From Neoechinorhynchus agilis (taxonomy: Eukaryota; Animalia; Acanthocephala), in the NCBI GenBank assembly GCA_051530055.1, contig CM121343.1, positions 3,752,389 to 3,816,388 of the forward strand: a DNA stretch of 64,000 bases. Direction: 5' to 3'. Numbering within the stretch: the first letter of the stretch is position 1; each line of letters starts with the position of its first letter. A program made the position numbers and the translations under genes. The notes under the pieces were generated by a model. It saw only the letters and a list, made by a program, of their open reading frames with translations, searched no databases and was not told where the DNA came from. Positions 16,001-28,059 of this stretch are shown here, piece by piece.

Positions 16001-16683
16001 GTGGATCTCCAAGAAAACGAATGTGATCGTCTTGAACGTGAGATCAAAATGTTGAAGAGAAACAAACGACTTCGGTACAGTAATGTTGGCGACATGTCTC
16101 TTCGTCAAGGTAAATATGAACGGTGGGTCTATTGTTGACTTTTATTTAAAAAGTTGATAATGATTAAAGCAGGAAAGGGAGGAAGATCGACCATTTAAAC
16201 CGCGTATTCCATCCCAAAATTGGCATCTTTGGAGCCGTATCATTCATATCGAATTCACATGTTCAAGGCCAGAGCGGGAGGATAACGCCCTTGTCAGTTA
16301 CTTCGCGATCACTACTACATAATCAATGGAGTAACAAGTTTGAAGTTCAAAAAATCCACACCGACTTTTATTCCCACTCGGATACATCGTACACTACTGA
16401 ATGTAGCAGCAGCAGCAAAGATCCCTCATTGCTTGCTGAATGCGGTTTTGGTGGTAGCGGCGGCGGTGATGATGTTGGTACATGGATTGAAAGTAGCGTC
16501 AGCGCACCAATTCGATTCCGCGATTCGTCCAGTCGAAGCCATGTTAAAAATGACGAAGTTTATCCCCATGTTTTACCGAGCACAAATTCCCATTCAAGTA
16601 TTTCAAACGCAAACACAATGAGGAATAATCCGACGACTTACCCCAACAGCAAGCCGCTAATCAAGGGACCATACTTTGCCTAA
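13031..16683 (+). CDS. Spliced RRM-containing protein with a coiled-coil/low-complexity C-terminus
   Basis: LWIKSISDDCSKDDIKGLLVEHGK|VIYIKMF...WALVAM...EAVLMLNGTMLKG forms an RRM across a 2.2-kb phase-0 intron (13272-15488). Later exons lie at ~15690-16110 and ~16170-16683. Confidence 0.7.
13311..14340. repeat. Tandem array of 165-bp units (~6.2 copies), family A related, intronic
   Basis: ACATAATCCC occurs at 13316, 13481, 13646, 13811, 13976 and 14141, an exact 165-bp period. Confidence 0.95.
14470..15324 (+). mobile_element. 3' fragment of a CRE-clade non-LTR retrotransposon (zinc knuckle plus restriction-like endonuclease)
   Basis: CxC...HxxxC knuckle, RHTEVN, GRRPDG, LWDATCVDSLA, HFVPFAVETLG and ISLAIQRGNA, followed by an A-rich tail. 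Confidence 0.9.
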
Positions 16684-16959
16684 GTATGCTTTATAAATTC
16701 TGTCCTGTTTAAGGACATCTCTTTGAGTGCGTTTAATTTTCGAAAGATTGGCGTGCTATTAACATACTGAACCCACTCACCTATTCTGAACCTCAAGTTC
16801 CTACTTCGTGATTTTGCGAACAACTGCATGTTCATCGTAGTCTACGAGTTCATACGACTGCTTTTTTAAAACTTTGGCAGCGTGGTTCATCATAGGAGGA
16901 GGAAGTGGTCATGAGGTTGGGTTTCTTTTGGTTGTCAACGAATAAAGGAATCCTTCCAT

Positions 16960-17350
16960 CCATTAATCTTTCCCGTGGCGGGAGGGCAAATGCCTACTCT
17001 GGGACGCCACGTATGTGGATACCCTCGCAGCCAGCAACATCCCCTACTCCCTCGAAATCGCCGGTGGTGCCGCCAGTGCAGCGGAAGGGAGGAAAATACG
17101 GAAATATCTTCACTTATCGAGGGCTCACTATTTTGTCCCCTTTGGGGTAGAGACGTATGGAGCGCTCGGCAGCTCGACACTCTCTCTGCTCCAGGATCTC
17201 TCGAAGAAATTGAGAGAGGCAACCGGAGACTCAAGAGCAGGCGTATTCCTTCGACAAAATATCTCGCTAGCAGTACAACGAGGCAATGCTGCCAGCGTGA
17301 TGGCGACGGTCGAGGAAGGACAAAAGCTGGAATTCGGCGGGAGGTGGTGA
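16960..17350 (+). mobile_element. CRE-clade RLE 3' fragment
   Basis: DTLAASN...YFVPFGVETYGALG...ISLAVQRGNAASV. Confidence 0.85.
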
Positions 17351-17399
17351 GTGTGTTAATTGTCGAGCAATGAAGATTGATTGAATTTCAAAAATCTTC

Positions 17400-19267
17400 A
17401 AACGAAATTTCCAACGCAAACCACGAACGAAACTTTACCTGTCCTTTTCACATAGTGTCCTACGAAGGGAACTTCCGAGTGCAGATATTTAATAGTAACT
17501 AACATCTAAGAATGAACCCGTAGAACAACAATAATACAACTCAGATCCCTTTCTTTGATTCTGAAATGTCGTATTTTTTTCATCAGACAAGAAGGAAGTT
17601 GAGAAGAATGGCAGAGTTTTGTAAAATGTGAGAAGTAACTTTTGTGCATTTAGAAATCTTTCCCAATAGAAGCCACAAGAGATTTCGCGCACTCTCGGTG
17701 CCTTCTGTAATGGGTAAGAATGCCAAAATCGAACAACGCAGGGAAATAAGGTGAATTTCTTTAACCTGCGGAATTTCGCTTGGACAAGAAACACGCTTTG
17801 ACCCCAGAATTCGACCTAAGTCAACAAGTTTCACAACTAATATCCATCCACTTAATTGTCACTCACCCTTTCTTTTTACCCGATAGTAGTGATCAACAAC
17901 GCCCGTATCAAATTCGTTCGATTCGTTTGCTATTAATATGCAAATCAGAGATCTCTTCCATTGCGAAGAGAATTCGAAGTGCACTCCACAGAAGGAAATT
18001 ATTAACTCGTTTTTCAACCCCTAAAGTAGACTAGACTCGTTCCCGAGATTTCATTTCTATGGCATTAAGAAAAATAACTTAAATAAGACGAAAAATTAGA
18101 AACACAAAGGCTGCCAATACTTTACAACATGTGAACGAGAGCTTAGGAATAAACGAAACAAATCTTTTCACCATCTACGAAGGGCCATGCACCACCATCC
18201 ACCCAATCAAGAAAGAGCCGTTAACCTTTCAATCCGCACGACGTTCGGTGCTTCGAGTGAAATTAAGCCTTGTGTCGCTCCATCAATTCCTTTAAGTTTC
18301 GATTTTGCAGCCGTACTCCCCTTGAGCCCAATAACTTTGTTCTCCCGCGGGTTGGCCAGCAATGCTTTGTTGTTGTTGTTGTTGTTGCAAGCGCCAGTGA
18401 ATTTCATATCTGACACCACCGTTTATCCTCATCGATCATTACTTAACCGTTAACTTTCTTCCCTTTGCACTTTTTGACTTCGACCGAATGTTCACTTTTG
18501 AGAACTTCAATTTCGCACTGAATGGCTTCCGCTAATATATCCTTAACTGTGCTCATATCTTCAATTAATGAGTCCTTTAGAGTTTCAGTAAGAAGGGTCA
18601 CGAACAAATCTCATGTGAACCTCCACTCCACTTCACTCGCATTGTAGATTACACCCTGAAGAAGCCGTTGGACTGCGAAAGCTAGGTGTTTCAATAAAAT
18701 CTCTCTCTTTCAGTCGGATTGTCAATCAAACAATCATCAATAGATAAAACATGCGGCTGAACAACCAAGCAGCGCTTAGTAATCGTTTCAGTAACTGGTT
18801 CATAGCACTTCTTTAGTGCAACATCAAGAAGAGCGGAATACTTGGCCGATTCTCGTTCACTGTTCATTGATTTGTTGAGAGAGTGAGACGTTAACGTTCA
18901 GAGAGAGACGAGAGGCCCGAGATGAGAGCGTCCGGGCGTACGATGATAACATTCAAAAAACATGCGATAAGCAGTTCGGCAGATAACCGCATATATTAAC
19001 AGCCGAAAAACCAAGGGAGGAACTATTATGACGATAATGATTGTTTGATAACTTTTTGTAGACAGGAATTGCCTCGTATTGAACACTCGTCGGTGACAAC
19101 AATGTGATCAGCTTGACTAAACCAACCTTTGTTAAGATCAATTCAGTACCGAAACCGTTGGAAGGGGTTTTAATTATTCCAAAGACTTCAAAAATTGAAT
19201 TAAGCGGACGGCGGGGGGAGAAAGATGAATCAAATAGTCCTTTGTGCATCGAGAGGTTGGTTTGCAT
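17400..19267 (-). CDS. Unassigned spliced gene (several short GT-AG introns), interrupted by a HHR-bearing insertion
   Basis: Open minus-strand segments (...VLSIDD / LFVTLLTETLKDSLIEDMSTVKDILAEAIQCEIEVLKSE / DMKFTGAC...) can be joined by short introns, e.g. gttaag...gtgtcag near 18410-18450. No domain was recognised. Confidence 0.45.
18651..18689 (+). ncRNA. Minimal type I hammerhead ribozyme, Penelope pLTR type
   Basis: ACACC-CUGAAGA-A-GC(cguuggacu)GC-GAAA-GC-UA^-GGUGU: 5-bp stem I, intact core, palindromic 2-nt loop III and a CUA cleavage triplet. AATAAA follows 4 nt downstream. Confidence 0.85.
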
Positions 19268-19439
19268 TAAAACTAAAAAATTAATAGAAATTTGATGTTT
19301 ATTACATGTAATGCACCCAGAACATTAATGTAACTCTTCTAGATAAATCGACAAAGTGAAATCTAAATCTGTTAATATTTCTATAAAAAAAAAGGTTCAC
19401 TTAATCCGTAAAAGCAGACATTGTGTGGAATTTGGTGGA

Positions 19440-20880
19440 AAAGGAGCGCTTTATCTTCAGCGTGTTTGGTGGCATAAGCAAATTTGGGGAAAGTCCAGTT
19501 CAACTAGGCTGCTGCACACCTTGTGGGGCGGAAGCCATAGTCCACGCACTCCGTACATTTGTAATTGAGAACGTCAAACCGCGTGTGATCCTGAAATTAG
19601 ATTTCCGGAACGCCTTCAATTCCGTTAATCGCGACTCGCTCTTAAAAGCTGTCAGAGACCACGCACCGGAGGCTTACGGGTATTTTAGAAATTCGTACTG
19701 AGCTGCGACCCCTCCTGCATCCTTCCGAAAGAGGCGCTCAGCACGGAGACCCGTTAGGTCCCATTGGTTTCGCGCTCACAATAAACGAATTAGTGCACTT
19801 TCTTGATGCGAAATTCAATGCTTGGTACCTGGACGATGCTACGCTGGGGGGCGATCCCCAGGTAGTTCTTTGTGACCTGGAGAAAATCAAGATGGGGGCA
19901 AGCAAGTTGGGCATTGAATTGGACACAGAAAAATGCGAAATTCCATTCCGTAACATAGAAAGGAGCCCTACAAAAGACTTAATAAAGCGCGACTTTGAAA
20001 ATGTGCACCCGGGATAGAAATGGTCGATTTTGACCGGCTTAAGCTTTTGGGCAGTTGCGTCTTTGATGGGAATGTGGAACAAGAAATTAACAGCCTTCTA
20101 GAGAAATTATCGGTGCTTGGATCACACGAGGCTCTGTTCTTGATCAAGAATACCCTCTTCATCCCAAGTTCCTTTATGCTCTACGCACGGCGCCGTTTTT
20201 CAAGCACAAGGCTCAGCTTGGCAAGCGAGATGACAGATTGAAAGACTGTCTCGAGCAAGTTTTAAATGTCCAGCTGTCAGAAGAGGCATGGCGACAAGCA
20301 TCCTTGCCTGTATCTTCTGGCGGGTTGGGTATCCGGAAAACAGCAGACATATCCATGCCCGCATTTTTAGGCTCCTATGAGGGAAGCGGAGTTCAGCGCA
20401 TTCTGAAATCTACTTATCGTATTGATAGGCATTTTGAAGGGGGAATCAGTGAGTGGTGTACACTGACCAACTCCGATCAAGTACTTGTGAATGACCAAAA
20501 ACAATCTGTGTGGGCCTCTCGTCGCAAGAGTTCAAAGCTCTCTCTTATCAGACTCAAGCGACGACGTTGTCCGTGCCAGGTTGTTGGCAGTCTCCACTAG
20601 AGAATCAGGTGCTTGGTTGAACGCGGTCCCGCTAGCATCTGTGGGTATTCTCCTCTCCGACGAGGCAATAGGAGTCGGAGTTTCAATGAGACTTGGACTA
20701 CCGATGTGTCATCCCCACCGTTGCTGCTGCGATGCAAATGTGGATTCGTCGGTTGAGACCTACGGATCTCTTGGTAGCGATGCTCTTCAACTTCTGAGGG
20801 ATCTGAGGCGACGCCTTCAGGTTATAACGGGTGCTGGTTCAAAATATCAGCATCGCCGTGTTGAGAGGCAACACTGCAAG
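19440..20880 (+). mobile_element. Degenerate CRE-clade RT plus RLE (frameshifts, stops, internal deletions)
   Basis: QLGCCTPCGAEA, KLDFRNAFN, FNAWYLDDATLGG, GGLGIRK, ESGAWLNAVP and VETYGSLG. Confidence 0.9.
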
Positions 20881-21128
20881 CAATCGAGGACTATGCCAAA
20901 AAGGAAAGATCCTCCGGAATGATAGAATTGTGATGATCATAATCCCAGGATAAAACATATTTTAGTGGCCTTTTGTGCACTTTGGATAGATGCGGCGCCT
21001 ATTACTTGTGCGTGTCCGTTGATTGGTTGTACCTCAATTAATTACGCAAAAGAAACTGCTTCGAAGCAAATTACGGATATTTTAAAGTAAGCCTAAAAAT
21101 CAACACACTTTATTTATTCAAATCACAT

Positions 21129-22304
21129 TTATCGATTTTCCTGCTTCCTATTTGCTTGCAATAGTTTTCTTAGGTTCTTTGTGTGGGACTTCAAGATCGA
21201 TGGCTCATACAAAAATCTTGAGCTGCAATCGTATGGGATGGCGCAGCTAACATTTCGCCACATTTTGTCTTCACTCCAAGTGAGAGCACTCACAAATCTC
21301 AGCTTCCTTGGCAAACACGTCAGTTGAACGATTTTACCGTTTCCAACCACCCTTCTCATGCGTTTCGCCGGTTTGATTGAACAAATCGGGATAAAAAACT
21401 TGGCAGGATGAATACTAACGAAGTTTGCGTCATCTGTTTGGCAATCGACAGACTCCATCATCTTGTAGTCAACGTTGCAATCGCCATCGATTGCGGATTC
21501 CAATGGAATCCTGTCTTTTACAATCATTTTACTATGTGGTATTTCTAGAGGCGGCATAGATGCTGTTGCCACCGTCATCTTTATGCAAGAAATTGAAATT
21601 AGAAAAATTACCGGATACATTTCTTGGGTGAATATTAAAAAAATTGATTGCGATTTATAAATATTGAACCCACTTTGTGCAACGAATCGGTTCAATGTCC
21701 CACCAGCTCCCAAATATGCATATCGATCGAATTAACGTCATTGGCACACGCAGCAAATAATTTATATCAAAAATGGAAAGCAAATTATAGAATTAGGATT
21801 TTCACATAGAGCCACGCTTACATCGTAATTTTTGCCAGGACGGCTAAAAAGTAGTTTCCAATGTTTTAAAGAAATTTAGCCAAGGCTTTAAGAACCTAAT
21901 GAAGGCATTGAAGTAATCAACGTTAACTTGTGCGAGCACATCCTTGTCAAATGATCCAGATAGATAGGCCAAAAAAAGATTTAAAAAAACAACAAAAGCA
22001 AACTCGCAGGGTTTGAATGAAAATTAAATGACGAACTTTGTGTTCAAGAAAAAATCAATATTAAACCGAGATTAAAGGAAATTGCATGCAAATTCAATAC
22101 GACTTCACAAAAAAAGAAATCGCAATCCAGCGAGGAAATGTCGCCAGCGTACGGACGACTGTGGCGCTGATTTGATTCTTTTACCAATAAGTTCCCAGTC
22201 TCTGAAATAAATCGGATGTTCCATGGTGACATTAAAAACTGAAAGTTTGCAATACAAGTCGTAAAAATCACCAGATCTATCGGGCCTAGGATTTTATAGT
22301 GCAT
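21129..22304 (-). CDS. Unassigned, probably spliced ORF(s)
   Basis: A 194-aa ORF and an upstream 86-aa ORF lie on the same strand; no domain was recognised. Confidence 0.3.
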
Positions 22305-22834
22305 AATTGACTAAGATATTGAGAAAAATCGATGTGTTTTGTCGTCGTCAAAGAATGTTATTTTAGGAGCAAACCAGAGAACTTATTCGAGAAATACTTT
22401 TCTATATTAAATGCTTGTTTTTGGAGTCAAACACAAATTCGTTTGAGACTTTTATAGTATTATTGAAATGCGGGTCGTTTTATACCAATTTTTGGAACCA
22501 AAGACGGATCGGGTGAATCGGAAGGTTTGATTTTTACGATTTATTCTTCCACTGAGTATTGTGACGCTCAGTAATTGGTAAATTTTTATTCGATATCCGT
22601 TTGTTCAATGATTTCGTAGGTAACGACGCAATTCGATTCAATAAATCACTTCAGCGGACTAAAAAGAATCAGAATAAAGTGACCATAAGTTGTACGTAGA
22701 GGAAAAAACCGGCCTTGAGTTTATAAGAGAAACTGAGATGTCCGAAGTACATTGGCGGGTAAATTCGATCCGATAAATTAGAAAGAATGGGATGAATATC
22801 CCAAGAGTCCGGCCTCCGTCAAAATGGAGTTTCG

Positions 22835-23447
22835 ATGAAGCGGCGAGCTGTTTGTGCTGAAGAAAAGATCCGAAGAGTTCTTTCCTTTATAGTAGACTGG
22901 GGAGTTTTTTCAGCTGAAGGAGATTGAAAAGATATCGCAGAAGCGGTTGGGTATAAACTCGAATTTGGTCAAGGAAATTGTGACGGGCCTTGTGGCTGAT
23001 AATTTGGTTGATACGGATCGGATAGGCCAATCTCATTATTATTGGTCATATCCGAGTAAGGTTGTTAACATTCTCGAAATGGAAGAGACGAAAATAAAAG
23101 AACTTATAAGGGAGTTCGACGAAAAAGTCCATAATGTAGAAGTGCTACTGGAAAAGCAGCAAGAGAAAAGTAATTCTGCGAGCGATCGAACACAGAAGTT
23201 ACAGATTCTTGAATCCCTTAAAGAAAAAAAACGGGATTTGATTGGGAAATACGCGCTCGTCTGTGAACGAGATCCTATTCGGATCGAAGAAATACAATCA
23301 CAGTGCAAGGATTTGATAGAACTTATAAACGAATGGACCGATAATGTTCTCATTGTGAAACAGTGGCTGAAACAAAAGTTTCACGTCGAGGATTCAATCA
23401 TTAACAAACAATTCAATATCCCCGCCGATCTCGACGTCAATTTTTGA
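22835..23447 (+). CDS. MND1: Meiotic nuclear division protein 1, with an apparent 1-nt frameshift near codon 22-25
   Basis: MKRRAVCAEEK..FQLKEIEK..GI..VKEIV..LVADNLVDTDRIGQSHYYWSYPS, then coiled coil, NEWTDN and FNIPADLD. Confidence 0.88.
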
Positions 23448-24479
23448 CCATTGAAGCGTATTGAGGCAAATAAAGATGATTTTAATTTGCCACTTTCGGT
23501 ACAATCTGTCTAACCACCAAGAGAAAATCCTTCGAAATTATGGAGATGTGGTGATCATAACCCTCCCTTCTGATGATAAAACCCTTATTTTATTGAAGAT
23601 ATTTCACGAAGAGGAAACCTCGTCTCATCAGCCATTGTTAAACTATTGAAACAAATACAAAAACCTTTTGAAATATCGTCAATAAAAATATTTTGTATTC
23701 ATTTCTCAAGAACATATTTGGAATCAGCGAGTCGAAATGGTCTAGACGGACACTACTTCGAAGACCAACGGTCGAGGTTAAGCGAAGTTACTAGATCTCA
23801 TGTACCGCGATAGCTACGGCGAAAAGAACATATTTGGAATCAGCGGGTTGAAATAAACGAGACCGACACTACTTCGAGGTCGCAAGGTCAGTTGGGTCCT
23901 CAGAGTAATTTTGGGTCCCCTGTACCTTAATAAATGGCTAAAGTTTTAGTTAGAGTAACTTTCACAAATCAAGAAAACAACTAAAACTTTTTTATGACTG
24001 ATTAGGCATCCTCGTTCGAAATATTGAAATATTTTCTATTCGGACCAGGGATTATGATAACCACAAGTCCAACTCATTCCGATGGATTTTCTTTCTTGAT
24101 GATATTTGTTAATAGAGTAAAAATGCTCTCCAAAAGGATGGTATTATATACAAACCGGAATTGCGGTGAATAGGAAATATTTTATTGGATCCTAACAATT
24201 TGTTAACAATGACTGATGAGGCTTCTTCTTTCGAAATACTCCGCCAAACCCGGGATTATGATCATCACAAGTCCAACCCATCCCGAAGGATTTTCTCTCT
24301 TGATGATATTTGTTAATAGAATGCTGCGAATTCGAAGAATATTACTAGTGCGCATTTCCCCAAGAAAATTGTACATCCACGATCATCCGCGATATTTCCT
24401 TTAGCTCAGTTTTAGACCTTATCACAAACTAGAGAACCCAGCTGAACAATCAATGTTAATGAGATATGCAAAGGTAGAG

Positions 24480-25031
24480 TAAACCATAATCCTCGATAGA
24501 AAAAATCCTTCGGGTTAATCAATGTATACTTTTGATGAACACACACCGATTATAACCTATTTGATTTAGATTTATTTGAGATATTTCGCGAGGTAACCTC
24601 ATCTCATCAGTCATATAAAAATATGTTATTCACCTTAAGGTTTTATGCTGGAGTGCGCGGGATCGTGAAACCCGAAGTTCGGGGAACTACGTTTTTCCAT
24701 GATTTTAGCATTGATTTTTAACACGCCGCTGGTTAGAAGTTTCAAGCTAAAATTAGCTTTATTTCCTTCCATTGTGTTGGACACAGCGATAAGGCCTCCA
24801 AAACAAGACGTCTTTTTAAGTTTTGCTCTATTTCTATGAAGTTGGTGCCACCAAAATCCGCTCGATGCTTACATGTCTCTTGATGATTAGAGATTGCCAA
24901 GGAATGCTCAAATCGACTGCAGGCTTGGTTATGTTGAGCGACCCTCTTATCGATGGCTTGCATCGTTTGTCCGATATAGACTTTCTCACACTGTTCACAA
25001 TGAATTCTATATATCCCATGAGTCGGCTCAT
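24480..25031 (-). mobile_element. Second 5'-truncated Penelope-like fragment (GIY-YIG end, 3' UTR and pLTR)
   Basis: 24640-25031 is nearly identical to 2380-2760 and is followed on the minus strand by a family A HHR repeat. Confidence 0.85.
24573..24617 (-). ncRNA. Candidate minimal HHR (family A) in the Penelope pLTR
   Basis: Minus strand reads UAUAUGA-CUGAUGA-G-AUGAGG(uua)CCUCG-C-GAAA-UA-UC^-UCAAAUA. Stem I pairs 6 of 7, stem II is bulged, and the triplet is AUC. Confidence 0.7.
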
Positions 25032-25139
25032 TCCAATCTTCTTTCTCATAATGGAGTAGATCATTTGATTTGGGTCATCATGAATGAAATGCACTCGTGG
25101 AATCAGAAGCAGTAACTACCATCCGCATAACAACAACAA

Positions 25140-27140
25140 AAATCGTCTGCAGAGCAAACTTTAAGATAGGGCTCCATTGGCAATTTGGCTACACATCTTT
25201 TCTTCGGCGCCTCTTTGTGCGCTTCGTCCAAGAAAGATGGTGGGATTCGTCCCATCGCCATTGGCTGCACTTTGCGTAGGTTAGCCGCGAAAGTTTTATG
25301 CAGGAGAATCTCCGATAAAACGGGAGAATTTTTGAGACCCTGTCAGTTTGGTTGCTGCACTCCTTGTGGAGTTGAAGCGGTCGTGCATGCTCTGCGAAAA
25401 TTTATCCCCCAAAGAACAAAGCCAACAGCAATTCTGAAAATAGATTTTAAAAATGCTTTCAATACCTTAAAAAGGGAAATAATGTTAAAAGCGATTGTGG
25501 ATGTCGTCCCAGAGGCTTATCCCTATTTCTGGAGAGCATACGCTAAACATACGCCACTGCTGTACAACGACAAAATAATTTGGTCGCAGAGCGGTGTACA
25601 ACAGGGAGATCCACCCGGCCCCATAGGCGTCTCCGTCGCAGTAAATTATCTTGCCCATTCAATGTTTTCTTCTTTCAACGCTTGGTACTTGGACGATGCC
25701 GCACTCGGTGACGATCCAAGTGTTGTTTTGAGCGACCTTCAAAGGATCGTGAATGAAGCTGACCGTTTGGGAATAGAAATAAATCCCCAAAAATGCGAAC
25801 TTCTCGTCCTGAACGCAACTGAAAACGAGCGCTCTCAAATCTCTAGCGATTTTGAATCAGTTGCTCCTGGTCCGGGTTTGATCACCCTTGACCAGCTCAC
25901 ACTCCTCGGGAGCTGCGTTCTTGCTGAGAATGTTGCGAAGGACCTGCGCGCACAAATCCCGAAAATGGAGTTGCTCTGCGGCCGAACTTCTGAGCTTTCG
26001 GCACATGAGGGTCTCTTCTTGATCAAGAATTGCCTCTATATTCCAAAATTGCTTCATAAGCTAAGAACAGCTCCATGTTTCGGAGAAGACAAATTGTTAG
26101 GAGAGCTCGACGGGGTAATTCGTAAGCAGCTGGGACATATATTGAATGTCAAATTTTCTGACACAGGTTGGCGACAGGCTACTTTTCCCAAGGCTTATGG
26201 TGGTTTGGGAGTTCGCACCACTTCAGACGTCGCTTTACCTGCCTTCCTCTCCTCCTGCTGGGCAAGTAAAGTCTATGTCGATGCCATTTTAGGCACATCA
26301 GTGAAGGATTTGATCTTTGCCACGGGATTATCTCAATGGCATTAATTGACAGGCATCAATCAGCTCCCCGCAAATGAGTGCAAACAGTCGTCTTGGGACA
26401 TTCCTCTTGTTCAGAAGATTCACAGCTCTTTCAAAGATCTTCTGGATGAGGTGTCTCAGGTCCGGCTGGTAGCCTGTTCCACGAAGGAGTCTGGAGCGTG
26501 GCTGATTGCTCTCCTTGTAGGTAAACTTGGAAATCTCCTTGCTGACTCAGTCGTCAGGATCGCAGTATCCTTGAGATTAGATCTACCGATTTGCATCCCG
26601 CATCGCTGCCGCTGGGGCACTATAGTAAACTCTTCGGGGAGACACGGTCTCATATGCAAGACGTCATCGGGACGATTTCCAAGGCATGCTGAAATCAATG
26701 CCATTCTGAGTAGGACTCTAAAAACGCTTTCCCTTCCAAACATTCTAGAACCCACTAATCTTTGTAGATTAGATGGAAGACCGTCTTTCCTTGGCGGGAG
26801 GGAAAATGTTTGTTGTGGGAAGCAACGCGTGTGGACACGTTGGCACAGTCCAACATCAGCCACTCGAAAAAAGGTCCAGGAGGAGCGGCGACGGCGCCGG
26901 AGGAGCGGAAATGCTCGAAATACAGGGAGCTAACAAGAAATTACCATTTTGTCCCCTTCGGTGTGGAAACGTACCTTGGGAGGGTCGGAACTGGCCCTCG
27001 TGAAGGACTTGGGGAAACGAATTTACGCAGCGACTGGAGAGCCAAGATCGACGTCGTTCTTGGCGCAAAAAATAAGCATTGCGGTGCAGCGGGGCAATGC
27101 GGCTAGCATTTTGGCCAGCGCCGATGAATGGGAGCGTTGA
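25140..27140 (+). mobile_element. Long CRE-clade non-LTR retrotransposon fragment (RT plus RLE), inactivated
   Basis: KKDGGIRPIAIG, IDFKNAFN, GVQQGDPPGP and WYLDDA. It has an in-frame TAA at 26343-45 and a deletion/frameshift at the RPDG motif. Confidence 0.92.
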
Positions 27141-27206
27141 TAAAACTATAAATTATGTATGCTTGCTTAAAAAAACTCTTTCGTAAAAAAAAGATGAAAA
27201 ACATAT

Positions 27207-27258
27207 TTTTAGATGACTGATGAGGCGAGGTTACCTCCTTCGAAATATCTCAAATAAA
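27207..27258 (+). ncRNA. Candidate minimal HHR (family A)
   Basis: UUUUAGAUGA-CUGAUGA-GGCGAGG(uua)CCUCCUUC-GAAA-UA-UC^-UCAAAUAAA. Stem I has 3 bp, a 2x2 internal loop and 4 bp. Confidence 0.6.
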
Positions 27259-27319
27259 TCAAATAAGTTATGACCGGGTGTATGTTCACCAAAAGTATAA
27301 ACCATAATTATTGTGGAAT

Positions 27320-28059
27320 TGTAACGTTTGTAACCCCAAATGGACTGACAACTGCGAGAACTAGCGGCGTACTATGAACGCATCTTCTGGGACACCGAGA
27401 TCTTGTTTTGCTAGATATATTTAATTTGTCAATCCCGCATCGTTTGCGTTAAGAAAATAGCGGGTTAACCGTTTCAGGGATTAGAACAGCACCTTTGATC
27501 AAGGCCCCTCCGTTAACCTCTCCGTACAGTTACCACGCTTGAGCTTCTGTGAACAGTTTGGCCCAATTGACGTCTTCAACTGGTACAACGATGTAACCCC
27601 TAAACATTCGTGATGTAGAAAAAAGGAGTTAATAATATAATAGGAAAGCGTCATCATCGGCCGTCTGAGATTCTCCAGGGTCTTCATCTGACGAGGACCC
27701 TAAACCCCCACGAGTTTTCCTGAGATCTGCCCCCGTGATCGAAAATCCGGTTACTTGGTCTTGAAAATCTACATGGCAAAAATGGAAGTTGAGACGATTC
27801 CGAGGATTCTAGTCTTCGATGTTTGTGGATCACCATTGGGTACTTCGGAAAGTGCCCTTTTGGTATCCAAGGTTCCCAACACACCTGTCCGGCAACGGTA
27901 CCAGTCCGCTGGACCCTCAAAGTCCCAGCCGCTATGCTGAGTAGTACTTAAGCGTTTACCACTACGGGGGTTGGATTTTTGGCATCTCTGAGATAGGAAT
28001 GTAATTTCGGGACGGAATGCCTAACAGGATTGTTTTAGTGGTACAGGAGTTTGTCAAGT
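27320..28059. repeat. Dispersed repeat, possibly a solo LTR; 27715-28059 recurs inverted at 43609-43940
   Basis: Near-identical ~340-bp block at both loci. The larger unit starts TGTAAC and ends ...TTTGTCA. No target-site duplication was found. Confidence 0.5.

Noticed and set aside
19440-20880. Spliced-leader RNA or other fixed target site next to CRE elements, as in trypanosomatid CRE/SLACS
   Set aside because: No shared flanking sequence or recognisable SL RNA was seen around the six CRE fragments.
27680-27720. CTGACGA-GGACCC as a HHR core
   Set aside because: No downstream stem II partner followed by GAAA was found. The same applies to CTGATGA/CTGAAGA hits at 34557, 45018 and inside coding exons.
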